The position numbers were made by a program, and so were the translations under genes. The notes under the pieces are model-generated. The model ran no database searches. It saw only the letters and a program-made list of their open reading frames with translations, and was not told where the DNA came from. From NCBI RefSeq assembly GCF_009914755.1, contig NC_060936.1: a stretch of DNA of 64,000 nucleotides. One strand, written 5' to 3'. The stretch's first letter is position 1. The number at the start of each line of letters is the position of its first letter. The DNA comes from the human T2T-CHM13v2.0 reference genome, Homo sapiens. This document shows positions 1-14,190 of this stretch, one piece after another.

Positions 1-890
1 TTTATTTTTACATATTTTTACATTTTGTCCCTTCAAATCGATTTTTGTGCATAGTGTAAAGTGGGAATCAAACTGTATTATTTCCAAATAAAAAAACCAA
101 TTGTCTCAGGACTATTGATTAAATTGTCCTTCCCTATGGTCTTGCAATGCTTCCTCAGTCATAGATTAAGCTTCCATATATGGGCTTTCTAGTCTGTTTC
201 ACTGGTTTACTTACTTATTCCCATACTAACACTATGCTTTTTAAAAATAATACATACTGAAATCTAGTACTGAGATTTTCTGCATCTTGTCTTTTTTAAA
301 AATTGCATAAGAAATTCTTGCTCCTTTGCTTTTTAATTAAATGTTTAAAATCAGTTCTGAAGTTACACACATACATACACGTCTTTGGGATGTTGGGATT
401 GAGATTTGGTGTTGGGATTTGACTGTGTGATCACAGTGAATTTAACATTAATCTGGCAAGAATTGACATGATACCGAGTTTTTCTATCCATAAACATGAT
501 GTCGTCTTTCTGCTTATTTAAGCCTTCTTAAATGTCTTTCCATTATGTTTCATATACTTCTGCCCATTTTTATTAATAGATGTATTCCTAGGCCCCTAAC
601 AACTTTGTTCTTATATTAAATGATGTCTTGTACAATTACATTTTCTGCTATGGTAGACAATTAGGAATGTAATTGTTTGACTTTTATATATCAATATTAT
701 ATGTAGCAAGCATTCAGGACATTCATTAATTCTATTAATTTGTCTACAGATTTTCATGAGATTTTTACGTAATTACAGAGTCTCTGTATCATGATAGTTT
801 TTTCTTTCTTTCAAGTCCTTAAGCTTTTATTACTTTTTCTTGTCATACTGCCCCAAACACTCAATATAATGTTGACTAGAAATATCAAAC
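1..890 (-). mobile_element. Old L1M ORF2-region fragment (antisense)
   Basis: T-rich, degenerate similarity to antisense L1 ORF2 (e.g. atttttgtgcatagtgtaaagtggg...ccaattgtctcagg). Boundaries approximate. Confidence 0.6.
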
Positions 891-1079
891 ATTGTTTTTA
901 AATATCCACAAATTAATAAAATAAAACACATACATACATACATATTTGTTTATTTTTATGTCAGAGCCTATTTAGTCCTAATTACATGTTATACATTTCT
1001 TTGCTCACTACTGCCACTCTCTCTATGGATCCAGTTCCTTTCCTCCTGAAATATATCTGTTTTTTTTAATTCTTACCTA

Positions 1080-1900
1080 AAGAAATTTCTTTGTGTATAG
1101 AATTCTAGGTTCACATCTTTTTCAGCATGTTATGGATACTATTCACTTGTCTTCCTGCCTTTATTGTTGCTGATTACAACATGGCTATTGATCTAATAAT
1201 TCTTTCTCTGTAGGTAATCTTTGATTTTTCATCTTGCTGCTTTTAAAATGTTCTCTTTGTCTTTAACATTTCGTAGTTTTACCACAATGTGTCTATATGT
1301 GTATTCTGTTTTCCTTATTCTACTTAGCACCTGTGTGTTTTCAGTCTGTAACCTCATGTATTTTCATTAGTACTAAAAATCTTCACCTGTTGTCTCCTTA
1401 TATATTATCTCTTCCCCACTCTTTCTTTTCTCTCTTTGAAATTCTCATTAGAGTTTTATCTTATTCTGTACCCCAATTCTCTTAACCACTTTTTGATATT
1501 GTGTTTATGCTTCATTCGAAGCCTTTTCCTTAGAGGTTTCTTTTAATTCACTATTTCCCTTTTTAGCTGTTTCATTTCTATACATTTTATTTGATTCTTT
1601 TTCGTATTTATCTGTTCTATTTTCAGTATCCTATTCTTCTTGGTTTCTAGTTCTTTTATCTCTTAAATACATTAAACGTATTTATTTTATAGTCTTTTTC
1701 AGATTGTTCTATTAGCCAAGCTCTTATACAGTATTAATCCTCCAAATGGTTATCTCCACTAACTTTACCTAATAAATGTTCTTTGTGTAGTCAGTAACGT
1801 TTTTAAAATTGTGAGCTAATTTTTAGTTGAAGATTATTTTTCTAGTGTGGGATTCCCAAGCATCCTATTTTTTGAACTATTGGTACAAAGCATTTTTATA
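1080..1900 (-). mobile_element. Old L1M fragment (ORF1/inter-ORF region, antisense)
   Basis: Motifs such as tctgtaggtaatctt...gcttttaaaatgttctctttgtcttt...accacaatgtgtcta are typical of antisense L1M. Confidence 0.5.
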
Positions 1901-3239
1901 TTTGCTTCTGCTGGTTACCTCAAGGTACTTATTGTTTAACAATGTCTAGAATCACACTGTTGGTTATTTCTCAATTAAGGAATTCTACACAAAACTAGTA
2001 ATATAACTTCCATATCTGTATATAGATTTGCCAGTGGGATTTTTTTTCACTCAGCTTTAGACCAAGATAAGCTTTCTAGTGACTCATCTTGTAGCCTTAA
2101 CAATGTTCCATATGTCTGTATGGGCATCTCAGTTACAGTATTTTAGTTCACAACCAAAAACCAAATTTGCTGTCCTAACATGGGTATTACCCAATCCTAA
2201 CTGCCAATGAAGGATCCAACGAGATATCAGCTTACAAGGCTGTTACACTGGCTGTAAAGTTTTTTTTTTCTGATGATGATTTAAGATTTCCCTTTTAATT
2301 TTTTATTTAATCAGCTATTTATATGTGAGGGGTAGGTGTGGGGAGGGGTGTACACACACACAGGCTTGTCTATTTATTAGGTTATATTGTATATAGCATT
2401 TCCATCTATTTGTGATAAGAGGGGTTCCATACTAGGTTGGTCCACATGATTGACAGAACTAAGAGGTTTGATTAATTCATGAATACAGAAAAACTTAGAT
2501 TACATGGGACATTCCTTTCTATGAAGCTTTTTGTATTTCTCCTATAGTGCCCAGTCAACTTATATAATCAAACAGATTTTCAGCCATGTGCTTATTACTG
2601 GCTGTATCCAGATTCTTGGATTCATCTCTAGTTTCTGGTTTCTCAACTAGGAAAAGCTGAAATAAAGCTTATTCATAAAGAAATGTGTTTTAAAGATTAT
2701 TTAAATTGTAACAATAAATATATTGATGACACATCATAATAGCTATTCATCTTATGAAGATATCCAAAGCATAAGTCTTAGGTCACTGGAGGGAAATTAA
2801 TTAAATCAATAAGGAGTAATTCCAACATGTCATTATTTTACAGGAGAATAAATGATTTTGGCTGAATATCATTTTTAAATAAAATATAAAATCTTCTCTC
2901 ACTTTCATTAACAAAGTGTCCATCTCGTTAAAATAAAACTAATGAGTGCTTTTAAAAATTCTCATTTCCACAATTAATACAGTTAAGACCCCCAAGAATA
3001 CTGATCTAATTTTGTTATTCAAAATTCTTTCTTTTTATATTATGAATCATTTCATTGTCCACATGCCAGTTACCACAGGAAACAAGAATAGTCCTTGATC
3101 AAAGAATCGCACAATCATAAAAGATATAAACATGTAAATAGAGTATTATATCTTGATATATGTTTGAGCTACGTTTCCAAAGGATGATGTGTGACAAACT
3201 ACCACAATTCAGTACGATTCAGCCTTAGCTACGAAGTAG

Positions 3240-3830
3240 GGAGTGGAAGAAGAAATAGTGTGAGGCCAGGGCCTTATATTCCGTGCTAACAATTTCAAAC
3301 TTTATTTGGAAGATGATTGAAAGCCATTGAACAGTTTTAAGCAAGGAAGTGACTATACAGTCATATTTCCTTTTAGGTAGATGATAAATTTGAAGGGCTG
3401 AATCTAGGGATAGGGATACCAGTTAGGAAGCTGTTTTAATATTCTAAGGAAGAATCAGTACAGATAATGGGTTGTCACAATAGAAATGGAGGTATAGGAA
3501 ACAGAACTGAGAAATATTTAGGAAGTAAATCATTAGGGCTTAGAGACTCAAGAGATTTAGCAAAGAATATGAAGGGAAAAAAAGAAGTTACAGGTGACTC
3601 CAAGACTTCTGGCTTCAGTGATGTAGTGGATAGTGGTGCCATTAACTGAGATGAGGAAGACAGAAAAAGAAGCAGACATGAGGAAATTTATAAGTTTTTA
3701 AGTGCCTTCGGGAACAAGATATACAAGCACAGTGCTTAGGTGAGCAGGCAGGGCTACAGAATGAGATTTTTTTGCATCATTAACATATAGATCACGGTTA
3801 ACTAAACTCTAGATAGCATCCATGTTTGAG
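3240..3830 (-). mobile_element. L2 LINE fragment
   Basis: Purine-rich antisense L2 motifs: aagccattgaacagttttaagcaaggaagtgac, accagttaggaagctg, ggtgactccaagacttctggcttcag. Confidence 0.7.
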
Positions 3831-4006
3831 AAGCAAATGGGTGATGAGATTAAAGTGGACTGTCAAGAGTGGGAGGAGAGTCCTATAAGCCAAAAGGGCA
3901 GATTTTCAGTATGAAAATATATGAAGTTGTGTGTGTGTGTGTGTTTTATTGCTAATGGTGGTCCCATTTAGATACTTCTAAGGTAATTCTATTCACTGTC
4001 TTCACT

Positions 4007-4313
<307 letters not shown>

Positions 4314-4403
4314 TTGTCTTCACTCTTTATAAGAATTCACCATCCTTAGCAGAAACTTTTATATGAAAATGCAAGTATTAAAAGTAAACAAAACGGAAAT
4401 TCC

Positions 4404-5271
4404 AAAACATACCAGTTAAGGGAGTAGGTGGGGAGCTAAAGAGTGCATCAAGGATGACTTTGATGCAATATTTCTGGTGTTTCTTAAGAGAGCATATTCT
4501 TCAAGATACTAGCAACCTTGTCCATGAATGCAAAACACCACTGAGTAAATATAATTCTAGACAAGAATGAGAGTTTCACAGCTCATTTTTCTATCGGCCA
4601 GCAGGGTGCTGCCACTGTTGTTAATAGTCATTGTTAATGGAAGAACTAAAAAGCTCTTTTTGAAGAGAGAGACATCCCTTTATGCCAAAGTAACTGACTA
4701 AAAATCTATGCTATTAAGCAAATTAAAAACCAGGGGACAAATTTTAATTAAAAATATTTATAGCAAGTGGAATAACAGCTGCCAGTTTCTCTCACCACTC
4801 ATGAATGTGTTTTGCAGCTGGCTATAATTCTCTCTTGTTTCAATCAGCTTAACCAATAATAACAGCTGTTCACTAGACAGGGGACATTTTATTAGCACCC
4901 ATTTGATATGTAGTCACTGCTTAAGAAATCTTTAATATGAGTGATTTTTAAGAGAATCACACCGTGACTTGATGGATCATTGTCTAAAGAACTTTTCTGT
5001 TTCTCTAAATGAGTAAAAAATTCCTTTGACCTCTAAAGCATGTCCATCTTCCATAAGGCTCAAACAAGTCTATGAATTTCTTAGTCTAGTCATATAAATG
5101 TCTAAGAACATTTTAGACCACATTAAGCAAAACTAGGGAAAAAAACATAACAGGAAAGGGAATTGGGAGGAGGTAAGAGTGTATACAAGGATGACTGATG
5201 CAGAATTTTTAAGAGAGCATGTTCCTCAAGATACTAGCAATCTTGTTCTTGAATGCAAAACACCACTCAGT
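4404..5271 (+). repeat. Dispersed direct repeat, two copies offset by 725 bp
   Basis: 4484-4546 vs 5209-5271 match at 57/63 positions; weaker similarity extends upstream to about 4404 and 5142. Confidence 0.9.
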
Positions 5272-5965
5272 CAGGGCCTAATCACAGCTTTTGTTTGTTC
5301 ATTTGGTTTGTTGTTTACTAAGTTCTCAATGTTTGTCTAGAAAGACATTGTGTTCTAGTTCATGAAAAACAGAAAAGTCAGACAAGGAGTCAATGAAATG
5401 AACTGAAGTTGCTTAAACGAATGACACACAAGATGACAAAACATTTAGTAAATCTACGACATATGTTAAGAGAGGAAACTGATGACTGATTTGAGGGGGA
5501 TTCACAGTAGACTCTGCAGCTCAGAGCTTACTGAATAAAGGCAACATTGCCCGTTATATACTCAGGTGGAGTAAAACAGATCTGATTAGCATAGCTTAAT
5601 AATGGAAGGAAAAAAATGTTTTCTTAAGAAAAAATATAAGATAGCTTATTAGAGCAAATCTTAACAGAATTCATAATCTTGCTACTAGAGGAGACAGCAA
5701 GAAAAAGTGCAATTGAAACTTCATTCTTATACACAGATCCAAGGTACCATATATGGGACATGCTCATGATTTTCAATGTTTTCAGGATTCCTTTGGAATA
5801 TGCCTTTCTAAAGATATTCCCAGCTTCCACATATTAGAAACTTATCTGGAATTAAACTAGATACCAGAGGTCAACTGGACCCCTAGTTTTATTCCCTAAA
5901 TGTTGTATGTATTAAACTTTTTACTGGAAGCATTTATTGAGTCATTTAAAAAAAAGATGACATTA

Positions 5966-6240
<275 letters not shown>

Positions 6241-6445
6241 CTTCATATTTAAGTATGATGCTGCTGAGCAATCATTTTTAAAACAACATGAAACAGACTG
6301 AAATTGTACATGAGGATTAGAGAGAGCCAACCAGAAGCAGGAGACTGGATACTGGACCTGGAGACCTGAGTTTGAAGCACAAATTTCTTATGGCTGCCCA
6401 TAGCAGCCCAAGTTTTGAAATACTTAATTGCAAAAATCAGATTAA

Positions 6446-6811
<366 letters not shown>

Positions 6812-7060
6812 ATTTTTATATTTACATTAAAATGAAAAAACTCTACACAACTTTAAGGGCTTTTCATGCTCTGATTTTCTTCTAAAACTTTGAGTGCCTC
6901 CATCTGAGTTGCTGCACTAAATTTACGTGGAAGGCATAAAAATAGACAGGAAGCCAAATTTACATTTTCTATGGGCCAGAAAACTTCATTTTAAAATAGA
7001 AGAGAATTGTCAGGAGATAGGAATGAAGTCAGAGAAATCATAAAGGAGAGAAGCATCTGA

Positions 7061-7094
7061 CGTGTGTGTGTGTGTATGTGTGTGTGTATGTGTG
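7061..7094. repeat. (TG)n microsatellite, interrupted
   Basis: cgtgtgtgtgtgtgtatgtgtgtgtgtatgtgtg. Confidence 0.9.
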
Positions 7095-8004
7095 TTTTAA
7101 GGTGAAGGTAGAAAGACAAAATTAAAGGGAATTAGACAGAGTGAGAATTTGTAACAATGGGATGCTTTTATTACAATATTTCACTTTTATGCTTCGAACA
7201 ACTGACTTATTTGAAGCAATTTGAGTTTATCTATTTTAGTGCAAAGCAAAAAAATACAAATATGGGGACTTCGAAATGGCAGCTTAACAAGCAGAAATGA
7301 TAGCAAAATCCTTCATTCTTTCTGCTTTTCACTGAACATCCCCATTGAGGTTACTTACTGGCTGCTGTGTAATCCTCATGTTTGTAAAAGGATATGCTTA
7401 TGATTTTCTAGTCAGATCAGAATAGAATAATCAATGTCTGCAAAGCACAAGTGGTTATCCCTGCTCTAATTCCATAAGCACCAGGTATTATCAATTAAAG
7501 ATGTTCCTCTCAATCTGCTATGAAAAAAATTTACATGTTGGAAGCTGGTTGAATTTTGATTTATACCAAATTTACAGTTTTTTACATTTTCTTTCACAAC
7601 CTGCTTTTCATGCTTGGATAAATTTTTATGAACATGATTTGCATCTTGATTCTTGAAGTTATGAACAAATCATAGGACATGAATAAAAAGGGATATGGTA
7701 AGGCTATATACATCTTCTGTTATGACGCTAAAGTTGTATGACATGTTACCGTTGCATGTCTCTTTACCAGTTTATTTTCTTTTAAACCACCTTGGATCTA
7801 CATGACTGTGTTTACTTTTAATTCTACTGCATTTATTCTTTACATGCATTTAGAAAACGCAGCCATACTTTTATTAAAAGAGTACTCATAGCAGTTCTGT
7901 AAAAATTAATGACTCAAAGAGAAAGAAATAAGAAATAAGTGATTAGTTAGAAAGAAAGTTGCAAAGCATTCCTTTGTTTTCCTTACTTACTTCTAACTCA
8001 TCTT

Positions 8005-8103
8005 TGTGGTACTCTCTGGATTGGTGGGGAGGGGTGGGTTGTAAAGATAAAGGATATCAAGGAGCCTAAACTGAAAAGAACCTGTGGAACCGGAAAGGTA
8101 AGT
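8005..8103 (+). promoter_or_regulatory. Candidate promoter and first-exon donor (RUNX, CCAAT, GC/GT box, GATA, AG|GTAAGT)
   Basis: tgtggt 8005-8010, gattgg 8019-8024, ggggaggggtggg 8026-8038, agataa 8045-8050, donor aag|gtaagt with GT at 8098. Motif evidence only. Confidence 0.3.
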
Positions 8104-8799
8104 CAGCTAGAAAGGAAGAGAATAGATGTAATCAAATATAACTTGATGAATGTTAATTAGCTCTCTTACTTATAACCCAGTACTCTAATTTATTACAAAG
8201 CACTGAGTAGAAAAAAACCTGACATTTCCATTTTTCCCCTGTTTACTAGAGATACATTCTCTTACTCATTCAAACTAAAATTCAGACAAGCCTCAACTTC
8301 AGAAGTTTCTGAGTAAATTAGATATATTCAGTTGTTTATAAAGAAAGCCTATTGAATATATATAAAATTGCAAACTAGCTTATCAATCTTGGTCTCAGAT
8401 TTGTTCTTTATGAATCTTTATATAAGCAAAAAGAATCTTTTACTCTCTGGTAGGAAACATATCTTGCTTCATGCACTTTTATGACACATTTGGAACCTTA
8501 GGTTATTTTTATTTGGTGATTGGCCAGAGGTTCAATTATCAACTTTGTTTCAAATATAACTTATTTAATTGTATGTTTCTTTTATCTTTTTTAATATTGG
8601 CAGTATTTAACAACCAGATCTCAATTAAAAAAAAAAAGTAAAACAATTGCCTTCACAAGGCAGCACGAAGTGAGTTCAGCACATCCCAGGGAGACCAGGA
8701 AAAAGAAAACAGGCATAAAAAGCCATGAGAATATTTAGACAAGGCAAACACAAAAACTCCTATGCTATGTGAGTCATGTATATAGTGGACCAATTTTAT

Positions 8800-9010
8800 G
8801 TTCATTAATATTTATTGAGAACTTATTAATGTCAGGAAGCTCTTTGTGGAATTTCTTATGTGTTCTTCACAATAATCTTATGAAGTTGAATCACTATTAG
8901 CCCTTTTTAATAGATGAAGAAACAGGCATAGAGAAGGAAAACAATTTTTCCAGTGAGGGGGCAAGGAATAATTCCAGTTTTATTTGACTCAAGAGCCCAT
9001 GCTCTCAACA
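8800..9010 (-). mobile_element. MIR SINE
   Basis: atttattgagaactta...cttcacaataatcttatga...atagatgaagaaacaggcatagagaagg (antisense MIR core). Confidence 0.75.
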
Positions 9011-10454
9011 AAGGTATATATCAACTCCCTTCATGCCCTGACGAGAGACTTCACATACCCTCAAAGTCACTCACAGCCCTGACTTAAAAGAGCAGTGGAT
9101 TTGCTCCTCCAACAAGAAGGTCTAAATTAGCAAACATCATGTGGAATAAGTAAATTACAAAGATTGAAACAAGCATCTTCACTTTGACCCTCTTCCATCT
9201 AAATTCTAAGAAAGCATGTACATACTCCTCAGATGACTACATCGTTTACTTTCATGTACTTATTTTCATCTGCACTTTCCAATTTCTGAAGAAATAAACA
9301 CAATTTAGTAAGATTAAATGCTTTTTTTTTTTTTCATTTCCTAGGTTTCCAACAATTGTTCTGGGAAGAATGGGCTCAGTTCTCCCTCTGCTTGTCAGAA
9401 TGATTAATTAGATTTAATTTCATGCTGTCTCCTCTGCTGTCTTTTCCCTCTCTCCAATGACTAATAACTCTTCTACAAAGTCCAAACAAATGGCCTCCGT
9501 ATCTAGTTTTTATTTTTGGAAGTTTTCCCCAGCCAAAATGCATAGAACCTCTTCACAGACAGCAGCTTAGAAATTCCTGGCTAGGATTCCTGCCCTTAAC
9601 AGTCGCACTTGATACGGCTAGATGGCCCGTTGACTGATATCTGGGGTGGCATCATGCCAGCTCAAAAGTTGTCAAGCCATTTGAATCAAGAATCAGCACT
9701 AGGCAGTGAAAAATACGGATGGGCAGCCTGCGAAGCAACTCTGTGAGGGGCCATATCTTCTCCAGGAAGTACCCTTGTGCCAGCACTAAAGCATTAACAC
9801 CACGTGTCTTTTTCTACACTTGACATCTGTGGACACTTAGAGTGTGTGACAAAAGGAGGAAGAGAAGGAGGATAGAAAAGACAAGAGAGTTTATAGGTGT
9901 GGCTAGCAAACCATAGAGAGGGATTCTGGTGGGGGCCCAGGAGTCCATTAGGAACCCTGCCTTACTGACTATTTATCATGTTATGTGAGAATAACAGGTG
10001 CCTCATTTCAAGGCCAGGGCTTAAGCACAATTGAAGGAAGAGGCTGGGAATGAGCAAGTCAAATCTCTGTTTCTAGCCATGCCACAGACCTTTAAAAAGG
10101 GGAAAAGAGTCCATTACTCATTATACCATGTGACCACCAGATGAAACCTTAGGGTGGGAAACAGCCCCTTTCCAAGACACAGACACAAAGAAATCAATTT
10201 AAACATGTCATAAACCCAGATCACTGGCATCCTGAGTAGGTGAGAAGACACAGCTGTTTGGACAGTCCCAGACATCCAGATGAATTTGACATAGCTTTAA
10301 TAAATTCATCAGTAAAATGAAGATATCTGGTAGTCTAAATATGTGTGTAAGCATGGAAGGACTTCAGATTCAGGCTTTGTGGGGCTGAAACACTGCCTTG
10401 TGGCTAATTTAAGGCTCACAAAGTTTAACAACTGGCCAAGTGTCATTTTTCAGA

Positions 10455-10570
10455 TAATCCTCAATTTCCTCAACTGTAAACTGAGAATAAAACTAAAACA
10501 TACCTCACAGTGTTGTGATTAGGCTCAAATGAGATGATTTCTACAGAGCACTTATTAAATGGTAAAGTCC
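10455..10570 (+). mobile_element. MIR SINE fragment
   Basis: cctcaatttcctcaactgtaaactgagaataa...tacctcacagtgttgtg...aaatgagatg. Confidence 0.75.
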
Positions 10571-10770
10571 ATACAAATGTATCATTGAGCATTTTAGAGT
10601 AGCTCACTCCTTTGTAAACATGACTTATGATACTAATCTCTATCACTGATAATTTTTCAAAATCATATACAAAACACAGCTTATGAATCATGACTCTAGT
10701 ATTGGTACTACAATTGTTTTTAAACTGGTAATGTTTCAAAAGTAGTCATCTTGGGATACCATGTCTTCAA

Positions 10771-11064
10771 TTTTTTTTTTTTTTTTTTAAACAAGATCTC
10801 ACTCTGTTGCCCAGGCTGGAGTGCAGTGGTGCAATCATGGCTCACTGTAGCCTTGACATCCTGAAATCAGGTAATCTTCCCACCTGAGCCTCCCAAGTAG
10901 CTAAAACTACAGTCTCACACCACCGTGCCTGGGTAATTTTTATTTTGGGTAGAAATAAGGTCTCCCTATGTTGTCCAGGCTGGTCTCAAACTGCTGGGCT
11001 CAAGTAATCCTCTTGCTTCGGCCTCCCAAAGTGTTGGGATTACAGGCATGAACCACCACGCCCC
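10771..11064 (-). mobile_element. AluJ
   Basis: J-type diagnostics (catggctcactgtagcctt, ctgggctcaagtaatcc); TSD gataccatgtcttca at 10755-10769 and 11070-11084. Confidence 0.92.
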
Positions 11065-11388
11065 ATTGAGATACCATGTCTTCAGACTAACAAGGAAGTC
11101 ATTTCACTTCTTAAAAGTCATCCTGTTGAGTTACCTTTGGAATCTATATACAAACTGAGGAAAAAAATCAATGCTCACTTATGACCCAAAATAGCATCCA
11201 CCCTATTTACCTGACAATACTTTGTATGCCTTTTGGCTCAGATCCAAAAATCAAGTTTATACTCAAAGGAAGATAATTTATATTATGCTTCATGGTTACA
11301 ATGTCACATAACCTTACCATTTGTATCTACTTGCAATTCTTTAGAGTAGGCTGGTTAGGTTCAACCAAGCCTGGCTTATAAAGAACCT

Positions 11389-11422
11389 GAGGGAGAGAGA
11401 GAGAAAGAAAGAGAAAGAGAAC
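11389..11422. repeat. GA-rich simple repeat
   Basis: gagggagagagagagaaagaaagagaaagagaa. Confidence 0.8.
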
Positions 11423-12009
11423 GAGTCTATACACTCTGATGCAAACTCTGATTTTTCTGTCTCCAAGGGGATTTCTTATCCCAGAGAGGAATTTTCCCCG
11501 TTCCTTGGGTTGTTCTCCTAATCTATCAAATCCTCAAATCATTAAGTCAGTTCTAAAGTGTGGTTGCAAAAAATGCTTTGAACAATGGTAACACCGTTGG
11601 CATGTGAATATAGTCTCCCAGAAAAGCCATATTCAAATTTCTGACATTTTCACAAGTGTAAGTTCTGATATATTCATTTAAAAGTCTGTTCGAATTTGTA
11701 TCTTAAAACAACCTTGTGTGTTATTTCTAAATCTCTTATTTTCAAAAGAAACAGGCTCAGAAGGTTTAGGGACTATAAATATTCATTGACATTGGTTCAA
11801 TTGCCAAATCAGTATTACAGTAAGTCAGTATCAAATCATGAAGAAATACACAATGAACTCAGAAGCATGGTGGAAAAAAAAAAAAAGCCCCTATGTGTAT
11901 GGCGTTATCAATGTAAGGTTATTTTCGCATTTTGGACATATTTTTCAAACTCAGAAATTCATTCCATATTGATTCTGTTTTTTCATAACATGCCAAAATG
12001 AAATTCTAA

Positions 12010-12278
12010 AAACTCAATGTTACCTCTTCAGAGAAGCCTTTATTCTCTCTGTCCCTCCAGACTATAAATGGTTTCTTTCTGTGTTCCACCAACACTTGGC
12101 TTATGACTTTTTTTTAACATTGCCACATTACTTTCTAGTTGTTTATTTGTATCAATCTCCAATTTATACACTATGAGTTCCTTGAGGGCAGGGGCCCCTT
12201 CTGGTTCCTCTTTTCTAGCCCATAGCATGGTGCCCAGTACATAATAATATGTTCAACAAATGTTTGATGATTGAATAT
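12010..12278 (+). mobile_element. L2 3' end
   Basis: atgagttccttgagggcaggg...atggtgcccagtacata...ttcaacaaatgtttgatgattgaa. Confidence 0.75.
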
Positions 12279-12930
12279 ATGCAGAAAATTTAAATTATGA
12301 GACAGTATAAATAAATAAAAAGGAAAAGGAGTTTACAACATATAAACACACAGCCAGCCCAATCAAATGATTATCTATCTATCGTCTTCTCTTTATCTCT
12401 CAGAAAAGTGTCAGGCATTTTGATTCAGAAATTCTAAACAGCATGCAGCCATAGCCACCTCAGAAGGACCTGAGCTGAGGACACCACCTGAGGATTATGG
12501 TTGTTAATAGAATTATTTTTAGTCCCTCTGTTTAGCTGAATGCATTCCTTTGTGGGGAATTTAAAGTGCTTCATTCACATGTCCGCTTAATTGTCACAAT
12601 CCTGTGGCTGTGTAGGGACAAGATTAGCACTGCATTTCATGAATGAGGAAGCTGGAGAAGGTTGACTCATTCAATGCCACTCAGGTAGCTCTTAGGAAAG
12701 AGAAGATTGGAAATGCTTTTCTTATTCTTGGTGTTTCTGCTGTGTGGAACTGCCACTGATTTTAGCATCAGAGTAATCAAAGCTTGACTGCCACTGAGAG
12801 ATCCAAACATTCACAAACCTGAGAGTCTTGGTGGCTAAACTGCCACAACCAAGAACATACTGAGTCGGATCCTTTTTACCTCCTAATATGTGAGGCCTGA
12901 AGCTCAGTTTCTGTGAATTCCTTCCTTGGA

Positions 12931-13054
12931 AACAGCTACATAATTTTCAGGGCCCTGTGCAAAGTAAAACTGCATGCTCCTTGTTCAAAAAGTATGAAGA
13001 ATTTTAGGAATCTTTCTGCAGATCATTCAATGAAGCATGCAGGGCATTTCTGAG
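12931..13054 (-). mobile_element. MER45A-like hAT DNA transposon fragment
   Basis: gctacataattttcagggccctgtgcaaagtaaaactgc...ccttgttcaaaaagtatgaagaattt matches the recalled reverse complement of MER45A. Confidence 0.65.
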
Positions 13055-13304
13055 GTTCCTCATTCAGGCAAGTAGCTTTTTTCTTGCTCTTCTATCATCG
13101 CCCAGATCTTCATCAAGTTTTACTGAACTATTACTCCTAATATCTTCTATCTTCTTTACTTGTTTTCAGTAACATTATTCAGTGAACCTCTATGCTGGCA
13201 TTGGGATGAAATTCCTAAAATAAAAATCTGTTGAGGTCATTACCTTGTTAAAAATCTTTCAAAGATTATTTCTTATCTCCTGGGTAAAGTAAAACTTCTT
13301 ATGC

Positions 13305-13845
13305 TTCTCTTTCGGTTATTTACTGGCATATAAAAAAACACCCAAAACTCAGTAGCTTAAAACAGTCACTATGTATTTGCTCACAATTCTGGGTTTGGCA
13401 GTTGAAGAAGAGATCAGCTGGGATACTTTGTCCCTGCTCCCTAGGGTATTGCTGGGCTCACTTATGTATTTTGTGGTCAGGTGACAGTTCAGCTAGCGAC
13501 TAGCTGGTCCCAGATGGCAGTTGACTAGGGCTTTCAACTAGTGTGCCTCAGTTTCCCTCCACATGGGCTCTCCAGCGAGCTGGCTGGGATCTTCTCATAA
13601 GGGAGCTGGATTTTAAGATAGTAAAACTGAAAGCTGGAAATGCCTCTTGAGGCTTCAGCTCATAAATTGCACAATGTCACCTCTGCCACATTTTATTCAT
13701 CAAAACAGATCATGAGACCAGCCCAGATTCAAGATGTTGGAGAAATAAATTTTACCTCCTGAAGGAAGGAACAGCAACATTACATTGCAAAGAGGATGTC
13801 TACAGGGTTGTGAGAAATTTGTGGCTGTATTTTGTAATACCTTAG
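13305..13845 (-). mobile_element. MLT1 (F/G/H-type) MaLR solo LTR
   Basis: cacccaaaactcagtagcttaaaacag...tttgctcacaattctg...gtcacctctgccacattttattc...gcccagattcaag. Confidence 0.75.
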
Positions 13846-13959
13846 TAACACCTTGCCTTGCATTCTTCATGACCTACACTTACTGACCTTTCCTTCTTTG
13901 TCTCCCGTTACTCTCAAAACACAATATTGTTTTGGTAATTATGATGATAATGATAACAA

Positions 13960-14190
13960 CAACAGATACAGACATTGATATTATCTTTGTGTCAGGCATC
14001 ATAGCTCATGTGCATGTATCATGGCATTTTATCCTCCAAATTCCCTATAATGCAAGTAAATGGATATTTTATCCCCATTTTAGAGATGAGGAAACCGAGA
14101 CATTCAGGAGCTTACTAGGTCTCACAACAAAAAAGAACCTAAACTGGGATTCAAACTCAGGTATGCATGATTCCGACATTCGTTAACATT
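13960..14190 (-). mobile_element. MIR SINE
   Basis: atccccattttagagatgaggaaaccgagac...ctgggattcaaactcagg. Confidence 0.8.

Noticed and set aside
2328-2350. Possible G-quadruplex (also ~50920-50935)
   Set aside because: Only three runs of 3 or more G; does not meet the canonical four-tract pattern.
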